The notes under the pieces were generated by a model. The model searched no databases, had not been told where the DNA came from, and was given only the letters and a program-made list of their open reading frames with translations. A DNA stretch of 64,000 bases, from contig JANNSX010000468.1 in NCBI GenBank assembly GCA_031403155.1, positions 2,185 to 66,184 on the forward strand. Reading direction: 5' to 3'. A program made the position numbers and the translations under genes. The DNA comes from Hyphomicrobiaceae bacterium (GTDB lineage Bacteria > Pseudomonadota > Alphaproteobacteria > Rhizobiales > Hyphomicrobiaceae). Positions 49,981-60,258 of this stretch are shown here, in pieces (position 1 is the first letter of the stretch; the number at the start of each line of letters is the position of its first letter).

Positions 49981-50322
49981 ATGCTGACGGCGTCAGGTCC
50001 AGTGACAATCGCGATCGTTGCCCTCCTGGCGTGCGGGCTGGCGGCTACGGCACACGCAGACGAGGCTCTCATCGCCGCCGGCAAGGCCTTCGCCAAGGAG
50101 ACGTGCTCGGGTTGCCATGCTGTGGGCATCGAGGGTGACAGCCCGCGCGAGGGGGCGCCGCGGTTTCGCGAGCTGAGCCTCAGCTATCCGATCGAGAGCC
50201 TCGAAGAGGCACTCGCCGAAGGCATCGTCACCGCACACCCAGACATGCCGCAGGTCGAGATGACGCCCGAGGAGATCGGGGCCTTCCTCGCCTATCTGGA
50301 GAGCATCCAGGCGAAGCCCTGA
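49981..50322 (+). CDS. monohaem c-type cytochrome
   Basis: Signal peptide and haem motif CSGCHAV. I chose the ATG at 49981. Confidence 0.8.
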   Translation: MLTASGPVTIAIVALLACGLAATAHADEALIAAGKAFAKETCSGCHAVGIEGDSPREGAPRFRELSLSYPIESLEEALAEGIVTAHPDMPQVEMTPEEIGAFLAYLESIQAKP

Positions 50323-50335
50323 GGCCTGGGCCCGT

Positions 50336-51181
50336 CTATCTCAACCGGTTCGCGTGCAGCTCGACGAGCGACACGAAACCGTGCAGCACGGTCCGGGGCT
50401 TCGCCGGACGCTCCGGCGGCATGGCGGTCGGCCAGGCCGTCTCGAGTTCGGCGAAGGCATCGAGCACCGTTTGGTAGGACTGCGGATCGCGTAATTTCAG
50501 TGCCGGCGCGATCTCCTCCAGCATGGCCCGCGCCTCGCGCACGAAGCCTCGGCCGTCGTGATACTCGATGACGTTGGTGATCCGCATGTGCTCGTAGGCT
50601 TCCTTGTACTCGAGGGCGGCCGAGCGCAGCAGCAGTGCGATCGTATCCAGGGTGAAGCTCGGGGTTTCAAGCTTTGATTTCGGAATGGTCGCTTCCGCTG
50701 CCGCGATCGCATCGACGACCTTTGCGAAAGCGGCGGCGATCTCGGCCTGTGTCTTGCTTGCGGAGAATGTCGCCTCGAGTGCCGCGAGCTCGCCGAGGAA
50801 GCCCGGATGGCCGCGCTTCAGCAATTCGGCGGCGATATCGCCGTAGACTTCCTCAACCGGATGACGGATGTGCTCCAGCACATACTTGTGCTCGCCGGCC
50901 GCGTAGAACTCCTGCGCCGCATCGAGGTGGCCGCGCATCTGCCGGAGCCGGGCGAACAGGGCCGTGTCCGGATCAATATGCTTGAAGAGCTCGTCCAGCA
51001 CATGCGCGTTGAAGCCATCGTCCTCGGCGGCCTCGAGCGGCACCGCGAGATGAGCACTGTCCTTGGCGGTCGAGGCTGCAACGGCTAGCCGGGGCGAGGC
51101 CTCGGGTTGGGGACGGTTGACGGCCCAGGCGGCGAGGGCGCCGCAAGCGACGGCGATCAGAAGTGCGATGAATTTCGGCAT
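50336..51181 (-). CDS. hypothetical helical periplasmic protein
   Basis: Signal peptide MPKFIALLIAVACGALAAWA. It lies 32 nt downstream of the GGDEF-EAL gene on the same strand. No family recognised with confidence. Confidence 0.6.
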   Translation of the reverse strand: MPKFIALLIAVACGALAAWAVNRPQPEASPRLAVAASTAKDSAHLAVPLEAAEDDGFNAHVLDELFKHIDPDTALFARLRQMRGHLDAAQEFYAAGEHKYVLEHIRHPVEEVYGDIAAELLKRGHPGFLGELAALEATFSASKTQAEIAAAFAKVVDAIAAAEATIPKSKLETPSFTLDTIALLLRSAALEYKEAYEHMRITNVIEYHDGRGFVREARAMLEEIAPALKLRDPQSYQTVLDAFAELETAWPTAMPPERPAKPRTVLHGFVSLVELHANRLR

Positions 51182-51213
51182 TGTCTCTGGCTATTCCTTG
51201 GGGTTTTCCCGGA

Positions 51214-53334
51214 TTATGCGCTGCGCTTTTGCGCTTCGCGCCCGGTGGAGTGGTCGTCGATCGGAGTCTTGAACTCCCGGTCGCGCTCGGCCTCGAGCAG
51301 TTGCGTCGCCGCCTTCTCCGGTACCGGCCGGCTGTAGAAATAGCCCTGGCCGATGTCGCAGCCCATGGCGGTGAGGGCAGCACTTTCAGCCGCGGTCTCG
51401 ATGCCTTCGGCCGTTACTTTGAGGTGTAGCGTATGGCCAAGCACGACGAGGGTCCGCACGATATCGCTGGCGTTCGCCTTGCTGCCGAGTGCCTGCACGA
51501 AAGAGCGGTCGATCTTCAGCTTGTCGAAGGGAAAGTCCCAGAGATAGTTGAAGCTCGAATAGCCGGTGCCGAAGTCGTCGAGTGCCAGTGAGACGCCCAT
51601 CGCCTTCAACTCGTGAATGAGGCGCTTGGTGGTGTCGGTGTTCCGGAGCAGCAGACCCTCCGTCACCTCGATCTCGAGGCGGGAAGGATCGAGACCCGAG
51701 GCGTCGAGAGCCTCTTTGACGATGCCGATCGCGCGGCCACTGCGGAACTCGGCGGGCGACAGGTTGACCGAGATGGACACGTTCCCGGGCCAGGACGCCG
51801 CCGTCCGGCAGGCCTCGTTGACGACGAAGCGGCCGATGTCGCTGATGAGGCCGGTATCTTCGGCAACGGGAATGAAGTCTCCAGGGGGAACGAGCTTGCC
51901 GTCCTCGCCCATCATCCGCACCAGCGCTTCGAAGCCGTCGATGCGGCCAGTCCGCAAGTCCATCAGCGGCTGGTAGTGGAGCAGCAGTCCGTCATTGATC
52001 AATGCGTTGCGGATCTGCGCTTCAATCCGGCGGCGGCGCTGCAGCTCGTCGTCCATCGAGGCATCGAAGAATCGGAACGTGCTGCGCCCGGCCGCCTTGG
52101 CGGCATAAAGGGCGAGGTCGGCGCATTTGAGCAGGCGCTCGGACTCCGTTCCGTCCTGCCCACCCAGGGCGATGCCGATGCTCGTACCGACATGTAGGAC
52201 CTGGCCGCCGAGCTCATAGGGCTCGGACAACACCTTGACGATCTTTCCAGCGAGTGCCTCGGCGTCGGCCTTTCCGGCGAGCGGATGCTGGAGCACGACG
52301 AACTCGTCGCCCCCCATGCGAGCAGCGATTCCCTCCTTGTCGACGGCGTTGCGGAGCCGTCGGGCTGCTTCCTTGAGCACGGCATCGCCCGTGTCGTGGC
52401 CGAGCGTGTCGTTGATGCTCTTGAAGTGGTCGAGGTCGAGGAAGTGCAGGGCCAGTCCGGGTGTCTTCGGGTCATCCAGCACAAGCCGGTCGAGCGTTGC
52501 GAGAAAGCTCTCGCGGTTTGCGAGGCGGGTCAGCGCGTCGTGATGGGCGAGGAAGTGGATATGCGCTTCGGCCTCTTCCTTCTGGCGCGTGCGGTACCAG
52601 AAGGCGAATGTGGGGATTCCGAAGGCGAAGGCGAGCACGATGCCAAGCGTCGAGGCCGCCTTCTGGAAGACGCTATAGAAGAGGCCCTGCTTGTTGGACT
52701 GGTCGACGCTGACCTCGAGCAGACCGATGACATCCCTGCCGTCACGTATCGGAATGTGCGCCTTGGCGAGGAAGGTAGGCTCGCCCGCGACGCCGGGCCG
52801 GCTCGAGATGCTGCTGTTGCCTTGCAGGATCCGCTTCAGCTTGCCCGGGAACTCGTCCTCGAAGCGAGTGGTGTAGCTGCTGACACGCCCGATCTGGTTG
52901 GAGACGACGCGGAGCTTGCCGCCACGGTCGAAAATGCGGAACTGATAGACGTTGCCGACCTTCTTCGACTGCTCGAAGAAGATGACGGACTCGGCCGTCG
53001 GCATCTCCCCTTCCATGATCGGACGAAGGTCGGCGAGGTTGCGCACCAGATACTCGGCCCAGCCATGGGCCGTGCTCTCGGCATCGGCGCGGAGCAGCTG
53101 CTTCGTCTGCTGGGCGACGACGAAAGACGAGGCGAGCGCCAGTACGGTGAACATCACGAGGAACCGGGCGGGCATCCGCCATTGGACCGGCAGGTGTCCT
53201 GCGGTGCGCGTGTCGAAAGCGAGAATCCAGCTGGACAGGGTTTCGAATGGCCGGCGGGACCCGCCGGAGGCAGCGCCGTCGGAACCCATCGGGCTGGCCG
53301 TTGGGGCCGCCGCCTCATGATCGGATATTGACAT
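51214..53334 (-). CDS. GGDEF-EAL protein with an N-terminal TM-periplasmic-TM sensor region
   Basis: RMGGDEFVV (GGDEF), FEALVR and DDFGTGYSS (EAL). The start is uncertain (53334, 53289 or 53175). The rest of the 1615-aa ORF-track entry is antisense to neighbouring genes. Confidence 0.85.
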   Translation of the reverse strand: MSISDHEAAAPTASPMGSDGAASGGSRRPFETLSSWILAFDTRTAGHLPVQWRMPARFLVMFTVLALASSFVVAQQTKQLLRADAESTAHGWAEYLVRNLADLRPIMEGEMPTAESVIFFEQSKKVGNVYQFRIFDRGGKLRVVSNQIGRVSSYTTRFEDEFPGKLKRILQGNSSISSRPGVAGEPTFLAKAHIPIRDGRDVIGLLEVSVDQSNKQGLFYSVFQKAASTLGIVLAFAFGIPTFAFWYRTRQKEEAEAHIHFLAHHDALTRLANRESFLATLDRLVLDDPKTPGLALHFLDLDHFKSINDTLGHDTGDAVLKEAARRLRNAVDKEGIAARMGGDEFVVLQHPLAGKADAEALAGKIVKVLSEPYELGGQVLHVGTSIGIALGGQDGTESERLLKCADLALYAAKAAGRSTFRFFDASMDDELQRRRRIEAQIRNALINDGLLLHYQPLMDLRTGRIDGFEALVRMMGEDGKLVPPGDFIPVAEDTGLISDIGRFVVNEACRTAASWPGNVSISVNLSPAEFRSGRAIGIVKEALDASGLDPSRLEIEVTEGLLLRNTDTTKRLIHELKAMGVSLALDDFGTGYSSFNYLWDFPFDKLKIDRSFVQALGSKANASDIVRTLVVLGHTLHLKVTAEGIETAAESAALTAMGCDIGQGYFYSRPVPEKAATQLLEAERDREFKTPIDDHSTGREAQKRSA

Positions 53335-53520
53335 TGAGCTACTGCTGCGCCCGGGCTGGCTTGTCCAAAGTGACAGGTTACCGTAGCCGTACGGCGCTAA
53401 GGCCCGCTTAAGCCGCGAGCCGCCAATCGCTGAGATTTCCCTAATCGGCGTGCCAGGGCTGGCCGGAAAGCCCGGGAACCGCCTAATCTGCCGGTTCAAT
53501 CCCTTGCCAACGGAACATCC

Positions 53521-55182
53521 ATGACCGCCGATCTCATCATCACCAATGCCCGCGTCCTCACGATGGACGACACGCACCCCACGGCCGAGGCGGTTGCCAT
53601 CCGGGGCAATGCCATCGCCGCCGTCGGCGCTCGGCGCGACGTCGAAAGCCTCCGGGCGAAGGGCACGCGGCTGGTCGATGCGGGTGGTGCGACGGTGCTG
53701 CCCGGTTTCGTCGAGGGGCACATGCATCTGTTCGCGGGTGGCGCCAATCTCTCCGCGCTCTCGCTCGAAGGAGTGTTCGGCCACGAGCGCTCGGCGAAGC
53801 TCGTTCGCGACTATGCCGCAAAGCATCCGGCCCACAAGCTCGTCTATGCCGTGCAGGCGAATTATTCGATCTTCGGCGACGATGTTGCGATCACGCGCCA
53901 CGAGCTCGACCGGATCATCGCCGACCGGCCGCTCGCCTTCCACGCGCCGGATGGGCACACGGTCTGGGTGAACACGAAGGCGCTCGAGGTGACCGGTCTG
54001 TTGAGGGGGAAGAAGCTCTCGCCCGGCAACGAGATCGTCATGCGGGCGGATGGTCTCGCCACCGGCGAGCTGCGCGAGCCCGAGGCCTACGAAGCGATCA
54101 TGGCGATGCTGGCGACCGGCGGGCGCGACTCGGCCGGCATTCTCCAGGCGAACGAGCCGTCGGCGACGCCTGCCGAGCGCGCCATCGACCGCGAGATCAT
54201 CGCCCAGGGACTGAAATTCTGCGCCGAATGCGGCATCACCTCGTTCCAGAACATGGATGGCAATATCTATCAGCTCGAGCATCTGGAGGCATTGGAGAAG
54301 GACGGCCGGTTGCTCGCGCGCGCGACATTGCCGTTTCATCTGAAGAGCACGCTGCCGCCAAGCATGATCGCCGGGAAGGCCGTCGAAATGCGCAAGCGCT
54401 GGCAGAGCGATTGGCTCAAATGCTCCTTCGTGAAGATCTTCGTCGACGGCGTCATCGATTCCGGTACGGCCTTCATGCTCGAGGAGTATGCGGACATGCC
54501 GGGCGTCACCGGCGATCCGCTGTTTACGCAAGAGATGATGAACGAGGCCTGCGGGATCGCCGACAAGCTCGGTTTCCAGATCGCCGTGCATGCCATCGGC
54601 GATGCGGGTGTCCGGCGCACGCTCGATGCCTATGAGCTGGCGCAGAAAGCCAACGGCCGGCGCGACAGCCGCCATCGCATCGAGCATATCGAGGTCATCC
54701 ATCCGGCCGATATCCCGCGCTTTAGATCGCTCGGTGTCATCGCCTCCATGCAACCGATCCATCCGCCGAGCCCGCTGCTCTTCCCCGAGAAGCCGACGCT
54801 CGACCGGATCGGGGCGAAGCGCCTTCCCTATGCCTATGCTTGGCGGACGCTGAAGGAAGCCGGCGCGCGCGTCGTCTACGCGAGTGATTGGCCGGTGGCT
54901 CCCTTGCCACCGCTGCTTTCCATTCAGGCCGCAGTCACCCGCAAGCCTTATCGTCCCGGCCTCAGGGACGAGCGCCTCTCCCTCATGGACACGCTCGCCG
55001 CCTACTCGCGCGAGGGCGCCTATGCCGAGTTCGCGGAAGCCAGGAAGGGCATGCTGAAGCCAGGCATGCTCGCCGACATCGCCGTGCTCTCGGGCGACAT
55101 CGAGAAGACCGATCCCAATGCCATCAAGGATATGACGGTGAAGCTCACCGTCTGCGATGGCCGCGTGACGCACGAGGGGTGA
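53521..55182 (+). CDS. amidohydrolase family protein (Amidohydro_3/YtcJ-like)
   Basis: ADLIITNARVLTMDDTHPTAEAVAIRGNAIAAVG...LPGFVEGHMHL...AVHAIGDAGVR...HRIEHIE. Confidence 0.85.
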   Translation: MTADLIITNARVLTMDDTHPTAEAVAIRGNAIAAVGARRDVESLRAKGTRLVDAGGATVLPGFVEGHMHLFAGGANLSALSLEGVFGHERSAKLVRDYAAKHPAHKLVYAVQANYSIFGDDVAITRHELDRIIADRPLAFHAPDGHTVWVNTKALEVTGLLRGKKLSPGNEIVMRADGLATGELREPEAYEAIMAMLATGGRDSAGILQANEPSATPAERAIDREIIAQGLKFCAECGITSFQNMDGNIYQLEHLEALEKDGRLLARATLPFHLKSTLPPSMIAGKAVEMRKRWQSDWLKCSFVKIFVDGVIDSGTAFMLEEYADMPGVTGDPLFTQEMMNEACGIADKLGFQIAVHAIGDAGVRRTLDAYELAQKANGRRDSRHRIEHIEVIHPADIPRFRSLGVIASMQPIHPPSPLLFPEKPTLDRIGAKRLPYAYAWRTLKEAGARVVYASDWPVAPLPPLLSIQAAVTRKPYRPGLRDERLSLMDTLAAYSREGAYAEFAEARKGMLKPGMLADIAVLSGDIEKTDPNAIKDMTVKLTVCDGRVTHEG

Positions 55183-55218
55183 GACCCGCACGGTTTCGAC
55201 AATCAAGGAGTGCTCCGC

Positions 55219-56145
55219 ATGCCCAGAGTTCCTGCTCCAGCGACCATCAGCCCCGCCGCCCGTCGCATCATCGACGAGGCCCCGCCGATTCCGGCCATCG
55301 ATCTCGCGCCCGCCGCGCTCGCCGAGGCGCGCGCCGCCAATCGCGCCGCCTATGGGCCGGCAAACACCGCGCTGGCGACATCGCTCGGCGTCAGGACGGA
55401 GGAGGGGCACGCCGGCGGCGTGCCGGTGCAGTGGGTGCATCCGCCGAAGCAGACGGGAGGCGGCGTCATCCTCTATTGCTTCGGCGGGGGCTATGTTTAC
55501 GGCAGCCCGTCCGAGGACCTCGCCATCACCGCGCGGCTCGCGGCGTACTCGGGGCGCAAGGTTTGCGCCATCGACTATCCGCTGGCGCCCGAGCATCCAT
55601 ACCCTGCGCAACGCGAGGCGGGCCTCGCGGTCTACCGCGCGCTGCTCGAGGGCGGACACGGCGGGGTCGCGATCGCTGGAGAATCCGCCGGCGGCAATCT
55701 GGCGCTGAGCCTCATCACTGCGGCCGCCTCGGCGGGATTGCCGCTGCCGGTTGCTGCAGCGCTGCTCTCGCCCTGGTGCGATCTCACCCATCAAGGCGAC
55801 ACGATCGCGACGCTCGACGGCGCTGATCCGATCATCGACGGTGCGTCGGGTCTTGCTTTCGCGCGCGCTTTCGCCATCGGCCGGCCGCTCGACGACCCCG
55901 CGATCTCGCCGCTGTTCGCCGATGTGCCCAAGGGCTTTCCTCCGACGCTCATCACCTCGGGCACCCGCGACCTCCTGCTCAGCGACTGCGCGCGCCTCTC
56001 GACCAAGCTCCGTCAAGCCGGCGCCGCGGCAGAGCTGCGCGTCTGGGAAGGCATGTGGCACGTGTTCGAGTACTATGCCGGCTTACCTGAGGCGGAGGCG
56101 TCGCTCAGGGAGATCGCGGCGTTTCTCGAGGCGCGGTTGCGGTGA
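55219..56145 (+). CDS. alpha/beta hydrolase, hormone-sensitive-lipase-type esterase
   Basis: FGGGYVYGS oxyanion region and GESAGGNLA nucleophile elbow. AAGGAG lies 8 nt before the ATG at 55219. Confidence 0.82.
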   Translation: MPRVPAPATISPAARRIIDEAPPIPAIDLAPAALAEARAANRAAYGPANTALATSLGVRTEEGHAGGVPVQWVHPPKQTGGGVILYCFGGGYVYGSPSEDLAITARLAAYSGRKVCAIDYPLAPEHPYPAQREAGLAVYRALLEGGHGGVAIAGESAGGNLALSLITAAASAGLPLPVAAALLSPWCDLTHQGDTIATLDGADPIIDGASGLAFARAFAIGRPLDDPAISPLFADVPKGFPPTLITSGTRDLLLSDCARLSTKLRQAGAAAELRVWEGMWHVFEYYAGLPEAEASLREIAAFLEARLR

Positions 56146-56184
56146 TCTGGCTGCTTTGTCCAGGCCCGGCGGCAGAGCATCCAG

Positions 56185-56544
56185 CTACCCCGACGTGACA
56201 CCGCTGATCCCCCGGCCAGTCCGCAGCCGCCGGTATTCGGCAGCGAGCGCCAGGATATTTTTTTGGCGCCAGCTCTTTACGCCATGCCGCGTCTTGAGCT
56301 CCTGCTTCATTATTGCCAGCAGCCGCCGCTCGATTTCCAACTCCGATTTCGAGATGCCGCGCGAGACATGATCCTGGCCAGGCTGCTGGTGTCGCCAGGC
56401 CCGCTCACGGGCCTTTGTCTCGTTGATGATCTCGCCGACCTGCCGCATGACGCGGTCAAGCACGCGACGTCGCAGCACTGGGTCCATCTCAGGCAGCTTG
56501 GCGGCGATGAGTTTGCGCGGGTCTGCGATGTAGGTGTCTGTCAT
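56185..56544 (-). CDS. hypothetical 119-aa basic protein
   Basis: Isolated ORF with moderate coding bias. No family recognised. Confidence 0.45.
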   Translation of the reverse strand: MTDTYIADPRKLIAAKLPEMDPVLRRRVLDRVMRQVGEIINETKARERAWRHQQPGQDHVSRGISKSELEIERRLLAIMKQELKTRHGVKSWRQKNILALAAEYRRLRTGRGISGVTSG

Positions 56545-57258
56545 GGTGTCTCCTGCTTGCTCCTCCCGGTTGGTCCCTCGTCGTCAAGGCAGTAGGCGGT
56601 AGGGGTTCATGCCGTACCGCTTGCTCAAATCACTACTGCCTACTGCCTTCTTCAATAGCCAAGGCTCCGCCATCTTCCGGCTCACGTTCCGCGAGCCGGG
56701 CTGAACCAAGTGAGGGGCGCGGGGCGATCTTAAAGCCGCGGGCCGAAAGAGAAAACAGATGAGCGACCTCTCGATCGCCCCGCCGGCGTTTTCGAAGCTG
56801 GCCTTGGTTACCTCAAAAGCCGAGCTGCTGCTCGTGTCCCGATCGCGAAGCTCGTCACCATGTGCGGCGGGCACTGCGCGAGCTTCGCGATCGATGAGGA
56901 CACGAGCCAAGCCAATGCTGCCGCGTGGCGTCATGGTCGCAAGCTCACCTATGGTGTAGGCGGCAACCACGGGGGTGAGCTTGCGACCCGCCACACGGGG
57001 AAGGGAATCTCACCCCTTCCGAACCAAGGTGCATACCCTGCCATCAGCCCTGCGTGGGCCTCCGGCAGGCGCCGGTCACTCCGCGCTTCGTTAGACGCCT
57101 CTGCAGAAGCGCCCCTCGCCGGGTGACGGGAGGAGTATGCGGGCGCGCGCAATATGCGGGGATAAGTTTTGGGAGATTCCTGCGGGATATGATGAATCTC
57201 TCCCGCTGCCTGTGCGTTGTCGCCGCCCGCCCGTGCTGCGGCAATCCTCGCTCCCCGC

Positions 57259-58473
57259 TCAATCCTCCTCCGCTCCGTCGCCAACCGGGCCATAGGCATC
57301 ATGGCTTGGCCGGCCATCGTAGCTGCCGTCGAGCTCGATCTTCAGGCGAGCACCAATGTTGTGCGTCTCTGCGCCGCCCGCGTCCGCCGCATAGCCGTAG
57401 CCGGCCCCGACCACCCATTGCTCGCCGCCGAAGCTCACCGGGCGGGGAAGCGCATAGTCGACGCCGAGGTCGACAAGATAGGCGCGACCGGCGGGTCCCT
57501 CCTTCGCAAGAACGTCCTGCATTGTGAACGTGGATTCGAGGGTCCACCGGTCCCATTCGAGACCAGCGGAGATCGTCGTGAACAAGGCGTCGTCCGGTCC
57601 GGTCTCGAAGTTTCGGAAGTAGGCCACCTCGCCGAGCAACCGCAGGTTCAGGTCCTCGCCGAGGGCATGCCGCCAGGTTCCGGCGAGCAAGAGCCCGCGC
57701 TCGTCGGCAGGTGTTAGCGCTTCCTCGATCTGTTCTTCGCTCGCCAAGCCGGCGCGTTGTCCGAGAATGCCGATGCGATAGCCGAAATCGCCGTCGGCAT
57801 AGCAGTCGGCAGGAGCAGCGTTGCTGCAGCCGTCGAGCGTCACGGCGAGCGAGGCCGCGCCTTTCCGGTTGCCGGGACCACCGTCGGCAAGCCGCGTGCG
57901 CCCGCGGGAGGCGAAAATGGCGCCGCTCAAGACCGAGCGGTCGACCGTGAAGAGGCTCGCCGTCAGCGTATGCGAGAGGGCAAGAGCATTGAAATCGATG
58001 GCGATCTCGCCGCCGATCCTCTCGGTGAGATCATAGCTGCCGAGAAGGTCGGTCGCGTGGATACCGGAAAGCTCGGCCGTTGCTAGGCCGAAGGTGGGAT
58101 CGAGCTTGCCGGCTTTCCCGCGCAGCCGGTCGAGGTCGACGCTGGCGTAGAGCTGGACGGCATAGAGCCCGTAGTCGGCGAACTGCGACAGCTCGCCCGG
58201 AGCCCGATCGGCCAGATCCTCATAGGTCAGCGACGTGACGAGATTGAGCCGCTGCACGGGTGCGAAGGTGAAGTCCGCATCGAGGACGGGTGCAAACTGG
58301 CCGTTGCCGGTGTCAGGTGCACTGTGCACAAAGCCGGCCTCGGTATCCGATGAGAGCGTGTAGCCGATGCAGGGCGCCTCGCACCCGGCGGCAAGGCTCG
58401 CAGTCGCATAGGCTGTCAGGCAGAGCGCAAAAACGGACGCCCAGAGCAAATGCGAACGACCGCATTCCGCCAT
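57259..58473 (-). CDS. hypothetical secreted protein, possible outer-membrane beta-barrel
   Basis: Signal peptide (LWASVFALCLTAYATASLAA) and alternating hydrophobic beta-strand-like pattern. There is no terminal Phe, so the barrel call is tentative. Confidence 0.55.
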   Translation of the reverse strand: MAECGRSHLLWASVFALCLTAYATASLAAGCEAPCIGYTLSSDTEAGFVHSAPDTGNGQFAPVLDADFTFAPVQRLNLVTSLTYEDLADRAPGELSQFADYGLYAVQLYASVDLDRLRGKAGKLDPTFGLATAELSGIHATDLLGSYDLTERIGGEIAIDFNALALSHTLTASLFTVDRSVLSGAIFASRGRTRLADGGPGNRKGAASLAVTLDGCSNAAPADCYADGDFGYRIGILGQRAGLASEEQIEEALTPADERGLLLAGTWRHALGEDLNLRLLGEVAYFRNFETGPDDALFTTISAGLEWDRWTLESTFTMQDVLAKEGPAGRAYLVDLGVDYALPRPVSFGGEQWVVGAGYGYAADAGGAETHNIGARLKIELDGSYDGRPSHDAYGPVGDGAEED

Positions 58474-58660
58474 GACTCCCCCCTGATGCTCACTGTTTGA
58501 TCCGGGCCATTCGGCCTTCTCTCACGACAGATACGGGCGGGTGATCCCGTTCTTTCACGGCAGTCGGCTTTTTTCCGCACCGCATTGGTCCGCAAAGGAG
58601 CCGGGCGCGACGCCATGGCCCGGCTCCCATGATCGTTCCGGCTCGAAGGGCCGGTTTTGC

Positions 58661-59377
58661 TCAGCCGCCGTTCTCCACCTTGACGACAACGGCTTTCTCG
58701 TTGTCGGTCAGATTGAGCTCGAGCGCCGAGGTGCCGACCTCGCGGCAGTAGAATTTGGCCTCCTTGAGACTAGGGTCGAGCGGCGTCCAATTGTCGGTCT
58801 TGATGCAGTTCTGGAAGGTGCCGAGCGGGGTCTTCACGGTCTCGCTCAACGAGGCGATCTTGGCCATGTCCTCGGCCTCGCCCTTGTAGTACTCCTCCCG
58901 GTAGGTGTCACCGACCTGCGGGTTGGCCTTCATCCAGATGCCTGGCAGTGCGCCATTCTCGCCGGCGATCCAGGAGCCCTTGTGGTCCTTGAGCTGGCCG
59001 TTCTCGTAGTTGTCGACCACCTCGCCGAAGTACCAGACGTCGCCATTTTTGTGCTGGGCGAGATAATCGCGCGTCTCCTCGTGGATCTTACCGTTCAACC
59101 AGACGCGATCCCAATAGACCAGCGTCGTCACGCCCATGATGGTGCGCGTTTCCGGCGTGGCGATGATCTCGTTGCGTTCCAAGCCATCAGCCGTTTGGCT
59201 TTCGAGCGTGATGGTCTTGCCGACCGGCATGGAGAAAAAGGGGTTGTCGATCTTGGCCGAGAACTCGGCTGGATCGATCACCGGGGCATAGGGCTCTTCG
59301 GCGCTGACAAAGCCCGGCAGACACAGCATGGCGACGGCGAGCACGCCGGCGTAGGTGCAGAGACGGTTGGTTGTCAT
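58661..59377 (-). CDS. hypothetical secreted protein
   Basis: Signal peptide (AGVLAVAMLCLPGFVSA). I chose the ATG at 59377, which has GAAGGAAG upstream. No family recognised. Confidence 0.6.
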   Translation of the reverse strand: MTTNRLCTYAGVLAVAMLCLPGFVSAEEPYAPVIDPAEFSAKIDNPFFSMPVGKTITLESQTADGLERNEIIATPETRTIMGVTTLVYWDRVWLNGKIHEETRDYLAQHKNGDVWYFGEVVDNYENGQLKDHKGSWIAGENGALPGIWMKANPQVGDTYREEYYKGEAEDMAKIASLSETVKTPLGTFQNCIKTDNWTPLDPSLKEAKFYCREVGTSALELNLTDNEKAVVVKVENGG

Positions 59378-59571
59378 GTCATGGCTTCCTTCGTGTTGGG
59401 CGGCCGCCATGGGACAATCGTCCACACACCGGGAAATGGGGCTTCCCGGAGATTTCAAGGCTACGCCGCAAGCGCTTCTGGAACACTCAGTCTGGCGCCC
59501 TGATCAGAAAGCCGATCATGGCGTCACCCATTGCTACGAAAGGGGTGCCGGATTTCTTTCGCGGCGAGAGA

Positions 59572-60258
59572 TCAATCCCAGTCGCGAATGAGGCGTCCGC
59601 GAAACTCCGCGGCTCCCGTGCGACGGCCTTCGACGGCGACGTCCTCGTCGGCAAGCAAGTTGCCGACCTGGATCTCGGCACCTGTCAGGTCGACGATCCA
59701 AGTCTGGCCGTCGAAGTCGAGCACCTTGATGCGGTTAGGGCTGTCGACGGCGATGATGCGGCCGGCGAGGAAGCCGGCGTCTGGCGCGTTGGGCCGGCTC
59801 TCGCTACTGCGGGTCAACTGATCGTAGATCGGCAGATTACGTGTCAGGAAGGCGTGCGTCGCCGAGCCGGCCCCGGCAGCGTACAGCAAAGCGCCGAGGA
59901 CGAGGCTGGCACCGAGTGCTGCGAAGGTGAGCTTCGCGGTGCCAAACCGATAGCCGCGGCGCGTCCGGCGGACGCTATAGGCGGCGCTGGCGACAAACGC
60001 ACCGAGGGAGATGATCCAGACATAGGGCATGTAGGCCAGCACATCGTCGAGCGGCATTTCGTCGAAGCCGCGTCCGCCCGTCGTCATCTGGTCGTGAACC
60101 GCGAAGAAAATGACTGCGGTCGACAGCGCACCGAGGGCGACCGACAACATGGCAAAGGCCCAGAAGACGCTGCGCTTGGCCAGGAAGTAGGCATAGGGGC
60201 GTGGCGCAAGCTGCCGCTTCCCGATCTCTTCCAGAACCTTCTTGTGGAGCTCGGTCAT
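59572..60258 (-). CDS. multi-TM protein coupled to the ECF sigma factor gene, putative anti-sigma factor
   Basis: 4-nt overlap with the sigma gene stop. It has a short cytoplasmic N-terminus, several TM segments and a soluble C-terminal domain. No classical HxxxCxxC zinc motif is present. Confidence 0.5.
   Translation of the reverse strand: MTELHKKVLEEIGKRQLAPRPYAYFLAKRSVFWAFAMLSVALGALSTAVIFFAVHDQMTTGGRGFDEMPLDDVLAYMPYVWIISLGAFVASAAYSVRRTRRGYRFGTAKLTFAALGASLVLGALLYAAGAGSATHAFLTRNLPIYDQLTRSSESRPNAPDAGFLAGRIIAVDSPNRIKVLDFDGQTWIVDLTGAEIQVGNLLADEDVAVEGRRTGAAEFRGRLIRDWD

Noticed and set aside
53335-56061. Upper part of the 1615-aa minus-strand ORF (51214-56061)
   Set aside because: Only the 3' ~2.1 kb encodes the GGDEF-EAL protein. 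The remainder is antisense to the amidohydrolase and esterase genes and has no recognisable domains.
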